DNA of 64,000 nucleotides from a virus. Location of the stretch: IMG/VR virus record IMGVR_UViG_3300049783_001054, positions 12,287 to 76,286 of that record. The stretch is one strand, 5' to 3'. The position numbers were made by a program, and so were the translations under genes. Position 1 is the first letter of the stretch, and each line of letters begins with the position of its first letter. Positions 56,093-64,000 of the stretch are shown here, in pieces. The notes beneath the pieces are model-generated. The model worked only from the letters and a program-made list of their open reading frames with translations, was not told the origin of the DNA and did no database searches.

Positions 56093-56168
56093 TGGTGCCG
56101 CTACGAGGATTCGAACCCCGGACATCCTGATTACAAGTCAGGCGCTCTCCCATCTGAGCTATAGCGGC
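56093..56168 (-). tRNA. tRNA-Thr(TGT)
   Basis: GCCGCTA/TAGCGGC-A-CCA; CCTGA-CTTGTAA-TCAGG. Confidence 0.94.
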
Positions 56169-56173
56169 TTTAG

Positions 56174-56362
56174 TTAGTAACCTTTAAGTGCACCTCGAAT
56201 AAACATTACAATTAAAACTATAATGGTAATAGGCCAAACTACTACCGCAATAGCAAATTTAAACCAGTTCATGTTAGTAAAATCATTAAACATGTTATAC
56301 ACGCCTGCGACTAGGATACCTGTAATTACAGCCCCAATCACATAAATATAGATCTCAAACAT
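56174..56362 (-). CDS. Small two-TM membrane protein
   Basis: Likely start MFEIYI after AAGGA. Confidence 0.6.
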   Translation of the reverse strand: MFEIYIYVIGAVITGILVAGVYNMFNDFTNMNWFKFAIAVVVWPITIIVLIVMFIRGALKGY

Positions 56363-56525
56363 TTTAGTATATTTCCTTTTGTCATTCTTAGTCATTAAAT
56401 TTTACTAGGTCAACAAGAAACCCGAAGGAAAAGGGTTACATGGTTCAGTATTGCTTTATAAACCTTAATCAGTATATAAGTTTAAAAGAATGTTTTACAC
56501 AGCACACTATAAAGGTAGTCAAGCA

Positions 56526-57206
56526 ATGCTTACACTTAATTCAGTTCAAGAGAGTCTTCCTGTTCAGTATCGAAAGAACATCTCTCAAGATATGGTTAAC
56601 CAGCTTAATGCTCTCTCAAAAGACCCAGAAGAAGCTAGGAATATTAGAGATAATTTTATTACCTTTTCTCAAGTCTTACAGGAAGGTAGATATAAAGTTG
56701 GAGATTATGTTAGTGCTGTTATGTATGTATCCTATAAGATTATGGGTAAGACTAACCTAGCTTCGTATAAAGCTACATTTCCTGATAGACATAATAGTAT
56801 GGTTAAATCAGGCAAAGAAACAAAAGATATTGCTTCAATTGTAACTGCATATAATAAAGGGCAGCTTGTCACTAAAATTATGGAACGTGCCATAGTTCCT
56901 ACATGGATACTTAATCAGGATGCATTCCAATCAGCTATTAATACTCAGTATGAGTTAATGACTGATGTTATGGTTTCAGATAAGGTTCGAAGTGATGCAG
57001 CTAATAGCTTACTGACTCACCTAAAGAAACCTGAAATTGCTAAAGGTGTTGAGTTGAAAATTGATATTGGTTTGAATGATGGTATGGCTGCTCTTGAAGC
57101 TCAACTTGTTAAAATGAGCCGTAATCAGCTATTCTTAATTGAGAATGATCCTAATGTTTCAGCCAATGATATTGCTTCACTTCCTATGAAGACTGTAAAC
57201 CCATGA
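56526..57206 (+). CDS. Terminase small subunit candidate (N4 gp69-like)
   Basis: AVMYVSYKIMG, AYNKGQLV and DAANSLLTHLK motifs; directly upstream of TerL. Confidence 0.85.
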   Translation: MLTLNSVQESLPVQYRKNISQDMVNQLNALSKDPEEARNIRDNFITFSQVLQEGRYKVGDYVSAVMYVSYKIMGKTNLASYKATFPDRHNSMVKSGKETKDIASIVTAYNKGQLVTKIMERAIVPTWILNQDAFQSAINTQYELMTDVMVSDKVRSDAANSLLTHLKKPEIAKGVELKIDIGLNDGMAALEAQLVKMSRNQLFLIENDPNVSANDIASLPMKTVNP

Positions 57207-58828
57207 TGATAGATGAAACCTATATCCCAAAAAAGACAGTTGATGATTATCTCAATGATGTAGATTTTCTAATGCTGAATAGTCATGGGGGTTATGTACC
57301 TAGTGAGTTTGCATTAAAGTTTATGAACTTCATAAAACTTGTGAATGGGGATATAGGTGAAGACAACAAAACTCCGGTTATGCATTTAGCGATGCTTGAT
57401 AAGCTTGCAAGTAAACAAGAAAAAATAGCTAACCTTTGTGCTCGTGGTACAGCAAAGACCACACTCTTTATGGAGTATTTGGTTCTATACCTTGCAATGT
57501 TTAATGTACTACCTAATTTTGGTACAGTCACAGGTATGCTATACATTTCAGACTCTATGGAGAATGGTGTTAAGTCAGCACGCAATTCAATTGAGTTTAG
57601 ATATAACAATTCCGAGTTCTTACAATATTGGGTTCCAAAAGCTAAATTCACGGAGAACGCACTATCTTTTGTAAATCGACGTGGCAAAAGACTAGGTGTT
57701 AAGATGTTTGGTGCTAAGTCCGGTATTCGTGGTACTAAAATTGACGGTAAGCGACCAGTTCTTGCAGTGATGGATGACTTAGTTTCAGATGCTGATTCTA
57801 AATCTGAAACAGCAATGAATGCTATCAAAGATACTGTGTATTCAGGTGTTCAGTATGCTCTAGATCCTACTCGCAGTAAAATGATCATGAATGGTACTCC
57901 TTTCAATAAAAATGATATTGTGTATGAGGCTATTGAGTCTGGCGCTTGGCATGTCAATGTTTGGCCTATCTGTGAAAAGTTTCCTTGCACCAGAGAAGAG
58001 TTTAAAGGTGCTTGGGAAGATAGATTTACCTATGATTATGTAAAAGGAAAGTATGATTCTGCCAAGCAAGAAGGGAAACTAAAGAATTTTAGACAAGAGC
58101 TTATGTTACGAATCACAAGTGATGAATCTCGTTTGGTTCAAGATTCTGAAATTCTTTGGAGACCAAGAGCACCAGTTCTTCAGAATAAACATAATTACAA
58201 TTTTTACATCACAACAGACTTTGCTACATCCTCAAAACAGACTGCTGATTTTTCTGTGCAGTCTGTATGGGCGTACAACAGTGATAATGAGTATCATTGG
58301 GTAGATGGAGTTTGTGAAAGACAGACTATGGATAAGTCTGTTAATGATCTATTTAACTTTGTAGATGAGTATCAACCTCAAGGTGTTGGTGTAGAAATCT
58401 CAGGACAACAGCAAGGCTTTATTCAGTGGTTTATGAATGAGATGAATTATAGAAATAAATTCTTTAATCTTACAAACCACAACGGAAAAGCAGGTATCCG
58501 TCCTACGATTGATAAACTTTCAAGATTTAATATGGTTGTGCCACTGTTTAAGTCTGGTAAAATATTTTTTCCTACTGAATTGAAAAATTCAAAAACTATA
58601 AGTCTTTTTATTGAGCAGATAGAGTTAGCAACAAAAGATGGTATCAAAGGTAAGGATGATTGTATCGACACAATTTCTATGTTGCAGTATATGAATCCTT
58701 GGTCTCCCACTCCTGATAGTGTAAGTAACAATACAAATGGTGATTCAAGGGATTCTGGTGTTTGGGGTCGAAGTTCTTTAACCGCAGATATTGATGATGA
58801 TACAAGTTATGGGTCTTATGTGGTCTGA
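57203..58828 (+). CDS. Terminase large subunit (N4 gp68-like)
   Basis: RGTAKTT Walker A, VMDD Walker B, nuclease motifs TTDFA and DDCID. Confidence 0.95.
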   Translation: MMIDETYIPKKTVDDYLNDVDFLMLNSHGGYVPSEFALKFMNFIKLVNGDIGEDNKTPVMHLAMLDKLASKQEKIANLCARGTAKTTLFMEYLVLYLAMFNVLPNFGTVTGMLYISDSMENGVKSARNSIEFRYNNSEFLQYWVPKAKFTENALSFVNRRGKRLGVKMFGAKSGIRGTKIDGKRPVLAVMDDLVSDADSKSETAMNAIKDTVYSGVQYALDPTRSKMIMNGTPFNKNDIVYEAIESGAWHVNVWPICEKFPCTREEFKGAWEDRFTYDYVKGKYDSAKQEGKLKNFRQELMLRITSDESRLVQDSEILWRPRAPVLQNKHNYNFYITTDFATSSKQTADFSVQSVWAYNSDNEYHWVDGVCERQTMDKSVNDLFNFVDEYQPQGVGVEISGQQQGFIQWFMNEMNYRNKFFNLTNHNGKAGIRPTIDKLSRFNMVVPLFKSGKIFFPTELKNSKTISLFIEQIELATKDGIKGKDDCIDTISMLQYMNPWSPTPDSVSNNTNGDSRDSGVWGRSSLTADIDDDTSYGSYVV

Positions 58829-58855
58829 AACATTTACATGTAGGAAAGTAAATTT

Positions 58856-59551
58856 ATGCTTAGTTTTGAAAATTTCACACAGAAACTGGCGAATAGTCAG
58901 TTAAAAAATACATCAGCAGTTGATGAGTCTAACCTTGGTATTATTTGCCCAGAGTATTACCCGACTCTATTGTCTCTTACAAATCAAGGTCTCACAGATC
59001 TAACTAGTAAATTCCCACTTTTTAAAGGTCAGGTAGATCTTTCATTTGTTAGCGGTCAAAATATTTACCCAATTACTGAGGTAAATTTAGGCACTACATT
59101 AACAGACTCTACTCAAGAACCATTTTTAGATGATACATACATTAGAGTGTTAGATGTATTTGACTCAACTGGAGTTAGACACAGCATTAATACTAATGGG
59201 CATATTTTAGCTCCAAGCTTTAATACTTTAAGGTTTACAGATAGTAAGATTTCTGAATTCACTGTAAGTTCTTCTCCTGATCCAGCTAAAGTAAGAATCA
59301 GATATCAGAAGAAACACGCAATTATCGGTGAAAATGATTATATCAATATTCCACCTAATCTAGAGACAGCATTACAACTGTTTGTAGCATCGCTATATTT
59401 ATCTCATATGGGTGGACCAGAGCATTCTGCTAAAGGTGACAGCTACTATGCAACCTATCTAAGACATATTGGTGAAGATGAATCTAAGGATCTCAGTTTA
59501 ACCTCTGAAGTTGAAGAGAATACCAAATTTGAAAATAGAGGTTTTGTGTGA
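58856..59551 (+). CDS. Head-tail adaptor (N4 gp67-like)
   Basis: NQGLTDL..KF, LETALQLFVAS and C-terminal KFENRGFV; N4 synteny. Confidence 0.85.
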   Translation: MLSFENFTQKLANSQLKNTSAVDESNLGIICPEYYPTLLSLTNQGLTDLTSKFPLFKGQVDLSFVSGQNIYPITEVNLGTTLTDSTQEPFLDDTYIRVLDVFDSTGVRHSINTNGHILAPSFNTLRFTDSKISEFTVSSSPDPAKVRIRYQKKHAIIGENDYINIPPNLETALQLFVASLYLSHMGGPEHSAKGDSYYATYLRHIGEDESKDLSLTSEVEENTKFENRGFV

Positions 59552-59850
59552 TGTTTGATAAAACTTGGGAGTTTTGGTTAGTTTTAATTGGTATGGCGGT
59601 GTACGTTGCTACACGAGATGCCGAAACAGAAAGCTTATCCAAACGGGCAACAAAAACCGCTGCTTCTGGTTTACTTGCTGTAGGTTTAGCTCCTACTATC
59701 TCCCCTTATATGCAGAATAATGAGACCATAGCAGCAGTGTTAGTTATGGCTTTTGGTTTAATTATTCTTGATTTGTTGACTGCTTTAATTCTTGATCGTG
59801 AGTTCATCAAGGATCTCATCAAAAAGCGTATTGGTGGAGGAAAGGGTTAA
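59548..59850 (+). CDS. Holin
   Basis: Three hydrophobic segments and basic C-tail; upstream of the endolysin. Confidence 0.7.
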   Translation: MMFDKTWEFWLVLIGMAVYVATRDAETESLSKRATKTAASGLLAVGLAPTISPYMQNNETIAAVLVMAFGLIILDLLTALILDREFIKDLIKKRIGGGKG

Positions 59851-59853
59851 ATC

Positions 59854-60015
59854 GTGAAATACACAAAAAATACTTTTAAGGTTAATTTACCTATGTTTTG
59901 GATGATAGGATTTGTGTTAGTAACTCTTCAAGTTTCACAATGTCCTATCACCTTTATTAAATTTGGTGATTTACCTTCTGACATACATTACAGTGAGGTT
60001 CACAGTTATGAGTAA
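59854..60015 (+). CDS. Small single-TM protein in the lysis cassette (53 aa, not in ORF track)
   Basis: GTG start, one hydrophobic segment, stop overlaps the endolysin start. Confidence 0.5.
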   Translation: MKYTKNTFKVNLPMFWMIGFVLVTLQVSQCPITFIKFGDLPSDIHYSEVHSYE

Positions 60016-60682
60016 TATGGTTCGAGATTTTCAAATTCGGCATAATTCATTGAATTTACCAAATTCAAAAGTTTTAATTGTTGATGGTGAAGATGGTCCT
60101 AATACTAAGAACCAAACTAAACATGATATGAGTCATCTTAATATTTCAGATTTAAACCTGATGTTTGATGCCTCTGGTATTAAAAGAGTTCACTGGCATT
60201 GGACTGCATCTACTTACCGTGTGACTGATAAAGTTAAGAGTCATTACAATCATGTTTATGACCACAATGGGATTGAGTATGAAGGTGGATCTCCCGCAAT
60301 AGATCAAGCTGATTACTCTCCCAATGGTAAAGGTGTAAGCCATACCCTTAACGCTAATACAGGAGCTGTAGGATTATCTTGTGTTAGTATGGCAGGTGCT
60401 GATGTCAATTGGGGTACATCTGTTGTGAGTGTTGGTGAATTCCCAATTACATGGGATTCTATTGACTCAATGTTAAAGAGAACAGCTTTCTATTGTAAAT
60501 TGTACGATATCAAACCATCGAGATGGACAACACTTACTCATTGTGAAGTTCAAACAAACATTGGAATTAGACAAAGAGGTAAGTGGGATATTAGGGTTCT
60601 TCCTAATGATCTCTTTAAACTGTTATCAGAAAGACAGGCTGGAGATATTCTGAGAAAGAGAATGCAGGAGAAATTCTTTTGA
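60008..60682 (+). CDS. Endolysin, N-acetylmuramoyl-L-alanine amidase type
   Basis: HWHWTAS, HYN, SHT and THCE Zn-amidase pattern; N-terminal VDG..GP.T peptidoglycan-binding-like segment. Confidence 0.85.
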   Translation: MSNMVRDFQIRHNSLNLPNSKVLIVDGEDGPNTKNQTKHDMSHLNISDLNLMFDASGIKRVHWHWTASTYRVTDKVKSHYNHVYDHNGIEYEGGSPAIDQADYSPNGKGVSHTLNANTGAVGLSCVSMAGADVNWGTSVVSVGEFPITWDSIDSMLKRTAFYCKLYDIKPSRWTTLTHCEVQTNIGIRQRGKWDIRVLPNDLFKLLSERQAGDILRKRMQEKFF

Positions 60683-61038
60683 GTATTTTAATTGGTTTTA
60701 TTCTTAAATACAAATCTAATGCTATAATGATTTTTGTAGCGTTTATGCTATTATCAGGGACTTTCGCTTATGGTTATCATAAGGGTTCTATTTCCGAGAT
60801 TATAAAAATAACTAAGAAAACAAAAGAGAGACAAGAGAAACTTTTTGATTTAACTGATATTGTAAGAATGCAAACAGATGAGCTTAGACGTTTAAATAGA
60901 GAAAAAGAGGATTTGGTAAATGAACTTGAAAGGAAAGCTTTATCCGCTAAAGGTTCTAATAATTCTGGTGTTGGTACCACTGGGGGCTTGCTCAGACTCG
61001 AACATCGCTGGGGTAAGACTACAACAGCTACCCAGTGA
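60679..61038 (+). CDS. Inner-membrane spanin (Rz-like)
   Basis: N-terminal TM segment and coiled coil; follows the endolysin. Confidence 0.78.
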   Translation: MSILIGFILKYKSNAIMIFVAFMLLSGTFAYGYHKGSISEIIKITKKTKERQEKLFDLTDIVRMQTDELRRLNREKEDLVNELERKALSAKGSNNSGVGTTGGLLRLEHRWGKTTTATQ

Positions 61039-61213
61039 CATTGTAGAACCTTGTCCACATCCTTCAGATGTAATCAAAGAAGTTATTGGTTCTTCTGTAG
61101 GATTTGATGAGATTCGTATGGGTCGTCTTGGTGATGCTCTAATTGAGTGTGGTGAACAGAAACAAATTGCTGTAGATACATATAAATCAGTGTCTAATAT
61201 TATTCGGGACTAG
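60920..61213 (+). CDS. Outer-membrane spanin lipoprotein (Rz1-like)
   Basis: Signal peptide with lipobox LGAC; overlaps the i-spanin in another frame. Confidence 0.8.
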   Translation: MNLKGKLYPLKVLIILVLVPLGACSDSNIAGVRLQQLPSDIVEPCPHPSDVIKEVIGSSVGFDEIRMGRLGDALIECGEQKQIAVDTYKSVSNIIRD

Positions 61214-61223
61214 GAGTTTAATT

Positions 61224-63542
61224 GTGAAACCAGAAAATGACATAATCGAAAATGATGTGTCGGCTCCAAAGCCGGACAATGATGTAGATTCTACTATGTA
61301 CTCCTCTAATCCAGAAAAAGTAGAGAAAGTTTCTCTCACTGATTGGAGTAGTGAACCTTCTATTGAAGACTTAAAAGGTGATCTAGAATATGCTCGACAA
61401 GAGAATGTTGATCAAAAATGTAATGTTGAAGGTTGGTTAGCACTTAGAAATACAACAGGGGCTGAGTCTGGTAAAAAGACTAAGACTCCCGGACGAAGTG
61501 CTGTACAACCAAAACTAATTCGTAAGCATAATGAATGGCGTTATCCTGCTTTAAGCGAACCATTTCTTAACACTGAAAGAATGTTTAGTATTAAACCTCG
61601 AACTTTTGAGGATAAAGAGTCAGCAGATCAGAACGAATTAGTTATCAATTGGCAGTTTGACACTAAACTCAGAAAAGTTGATTTTATTGATCGCTTTGTA
61701 CGTAAAACAGTAGATGAAGGTACATGTGTTGTTCGTACTGGCTGGGAACGTAAGACTGAAAAAGTTAAAGTTTTAAAACCTGTGTACAGTTATTACCCTC
61801 TAGAAATGGGTGATGAAGAAGGTATGCAAATGCTTGCTCAGGCAACTGAAATGGCACAATCAGATCCTGAGTTTTTTAAAATAGATTCTAGTATTCCAGA
61901 TGAGCTTAGAGCCGCTGTTGAGTATGGGTTTGAGAATCAAGAAATGGTTGTTGCTGAGAAGACAGGAGAAGAGTGGGTTTCTGAGACTAAAATTACTATC
62001 AATCAACCTGCTTTAAAAATCATTGATGTTGCAAATTTCTTTATTGATCCTTCTTGTGAAGGCGAATGGGAAGATGCTCAATTTATGATTCATACTTATG
62101 AAAGTACAAAGTCTGAACTTAAAAAGAAAAAAACGTATAAGAATCTTGAAGAAGTTAATTGGCTGGCTAATGCAATTAAATCTCAAACTGGTGATCCAGA
62201 TCATGAAACCTCAACACCTATGATTGATGGTAGATCTAACACTGATAAATGTAAGATCTTAGTTTATGAGTACTGGGGTTTATGGGATGCCCATAGTGAT
62301 GGGGTTATGATTCCAATTGTTGCCACCTTTATTGGTGACACTATGATTCAGCTTATGGAAAATCCATTTCCTGATAGAAAACCTCCATTCGTGATTGTAC
62401 CTTACATGCCTATTTCTGGTTCTATTTGGGGAGAGGCTGATGCTTCAATTCTTCAAGACAATCAGAGAATTCTTGGTGCTGTAACTCGTGGTACGATTGA
62501 TCTTCTTGGTAGGTCAGCAAATGCTCAGTCAGGGTATGCTAAGGGTTTTCTTGACCCGGTAAACCGTAAGCGGTTTGTTGTTGGTGAGGATTTTGAATAT
62601 AATCCTAACTCTGATCCTCGTGTTGCTATCCAACAGATGTCATACCCTGAGATTCCAAACTCTGCTTTAACAATGATGCAACTTCAAAACGCTGAAGCTG
62701 AGGGTCTATCAGGGGTTAAGAGTTTTTCGGCAGGCATTACGGGTGATGCATACGGTAAGGTTGCTAGGGGTATTTCTGGTGCCTTAGATGCTGCTGGACA
62801 AAGAGAGATGAGTATCCTTCGTCGTTTAGCAGAAGGTATGCGTTTAATTGGTAGTAAGATTATATCTATGAATGCTTTTTTCCTTCAAGAGAAAGAAGTT
62901 ATTAGAGTTACAAACCGTAAATTCATTGAAGTACGTAGAGAAGATCTTTCTGGTTTATTTGATTTAATTGTAGATATTTCTACAGCCCAAGTTGATGAAC
63001 AGAAATCCAGTGATCTTGGTATGATGCTTCAGACAATGGGACCGGATATGGACCCTTCTCTTTCACAGATTATTCTTGCAGAAATTGCTGACCTTAAACG
63101 GATGCCTGCTTTGGCTGAAAAGATTAGAACTTATCAACCTCAACCTGATCCAGTACAACAGCGTATGGCTGAGTTGGAGATTGAAGCTCTTGAAGCTAAG
63201 ATTGCTCTCGATCAAGCTAAAGCTGCCGAAGCTATGGCCAGTGCTGAACGTAATGCTCTTGATACAGATCTTGAATCTACAGGTACCAAACATCAACGTA
63301 ATGTTGAGACTATGGGTGCTCAGGCTAGAGGTAATCGTGATCTTGAAGTTACAAAGGGTCTTCTTAAAGGTGAGACACCTTCTGGTATGATTGAGGCTGC
63401 TGTAGGCTTTAATAAGCTAGTAGAAGACTCAGATAGACTACAAGCAGAATCTGTTGTTGGGCGTCCATACAACCCTGAACCAACATTTCCTATGGCTCCA
63501 TTACAAAGTGCTCAACAACAACCGCTTGCTTTACCGCAGTAA
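61224..63542 (+). CDS. Portal protein (N4 gp59-like)
   Basis: GRSAVQPKLIRKHNEWRYPALSEPFL and NPFPDRKPPFV motifs; 772 aa. Confidence 0.95.
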   Translation: MKPENDIIENDVSAPKPDNDVDSTMYSSNPEKVEKVSLTDWSSEPSIEDLKGDLEYARQENVDQKCNVEGWLALRNTTGAESGKKTKTPGRSAVQPKLIRKHNEWRYPALSEPFLNTERMFSIKPRTFEDKESADQNELVINWQFDTKLRKVDFIDRFVRKTVDEGTCVVRTGWERKTEKVKVLKPVYSYYPLEMGDEEGMQMLAQATEMAQSDPEFFKIDSSIPDELRAAVEYGFENQEMVVAEKTGEEWVSETKITINQPALKIIDVANFFIDPSCEGEWEDAQFMIHTYESTKSELKKKKTYKNLEEVNWLANAIKSQTGDPDHETSTPMIDGRSNTDKCKILVYEYWGLWDAHSDGVMIPIVATFIGDTMIQLMENPFPDRKPPFVIVPYMPISGSIWGEADASILQDNQRILGAVTRGTIDLLGRSANAQSGYAKGFLDPVNRKRFVVGEDFEYNPNSDPRVAIQQMSYPEIPNSALTMMQLQNAEAEGLSGVKSFSAGITGDAYGKVARGISGALDAAGQREMSILRRLAEGMRLIGSKIISMNAFFLQEKEVIRVTNRKFIEVRREDLSGLFDLIVDISTAQVDEQKSSDLGMMLQTMGPDMDPSLSQIILAEIADLKRMPALAEKIRTYQPQPDPVQQRMAELEIEALEAKIALDQAKAAEAMASAERNALDTDLESTGTKHQRNVETMGAQARGNRDLEVTKGLLKGETPSGMIEAAVGFNKLVEDSDRLQAESVVGRPYNPEPTFPMAPLQSAQQQPLALPQ

Positions 63543-63587
63543 AGTAGGTTACTAACAAAATATCTTAAATTATCAACCACAAGGGAC

Positions 63588-63992
63588 GTGGCAATGAACT
63601 TATATGAAAACGAAAACAACACCGATCAAGAGATTGAACATTTAACTTTTGATCAATACAGAGAATATAAAAATACCTGTGAGGCTCTTCTTAATCAGGC
63701 TAATTCTGCGAAGAAGCTTTCTACAATTCCTGAGTTTAAAGAAATTGTTATGGATGCTTATTTTGTAGAAGAGCCTAAAAGATTAGCCGGTATTATGACT
63801 TCTGGTAGATTAAGTGATAAAGATTTTGATGCATGTATTGGAGAGTTGAGAGCTATTGGCTCTCTTCGTGCTTTCCTTCAACAGTATATCCAAAAAGGTG
63901 AAATTGCTCAGGTTGAGTTAGATAACCTAGAAATTGCATATAATGAGTCTGTTGAAGAAAGAGAAACTATTGTCTCTGAGGGTGGTATGTAA
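63588..63992 (+). CDS. Conserved late protein downstream of the portal (N4 gp58-like)
   Basis: PEFKEIVMDAYFVEEPKRL pattern; TAATG coupling to the next gene at the window edge. Confidence 0.7.
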   Translation: MAMNLYENENNTDQEIEHLTFDQYREYKNTCEALLNQANSAKKLSTIPEFKEIVMDAYFVEEPKRLAGIMTSGRLSDKDFDACIGELRAIGSLRAFLQQYIQKGEIAQVELDNLEIAYNESVEERETIVSEGGM

Positions 63993-64000
63993 TGGACAAT

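Noticed and set aside
1-64000. Stop-codon reassignment suggested by the UUA-anticodon element
   Set aside because: Core genes are full length under the standard code, and TAA is commonly used as a terminator.

Overview
About 64 kb of an AT-rich N4-like podovirus (Schitoviridae) genome, apparently circularly permuted. The window starts inside the giant virion RNA polymerase gene (+). A long minus-strand early/middle arm follows, read from right to left: gp1, gp2, RNAP1/RNAP2, AAA+VWA pair, dCTP deaminase, dNMP kinase-ThyX fusion, tail fibre, rIIA/rIIB, class II RNR, helicase, split DNA polymerase, exonuclease, primase, AAA, SSB and RusA. The probable genome-end junction lies near 52.8 kb. After it come a tRNA cluster (9 canonical tRNAs) and the late arm (+): terminases, adaptor, lysis cassette and portal. 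The gene content resembles N4-like phages of alphaproteobacteria (inference). The most unusual features are non-coding. Three tandem tRNA-shaped RNAs (54123-54493) each carry a D-loop insertion with a shared 17-nt motif and a divergent anticodon arm. A separate tRNA-like gene has a ~31-nt anticodon-loop insertion (8158-8260), and there are at least two further multi-stem RNA candidates. Notable proteins: a Tad2-like fusion gene that splits the DNA polymerase, an acyl-carrier-protein look-alike lacking the phosphopantetheine serine, a bL12-like domain inside rIIB, and a small ART/Tpt1-like ORF beside the tRNA cluster. All calls come from reading motifs by eye; no searches or folding programs were run.
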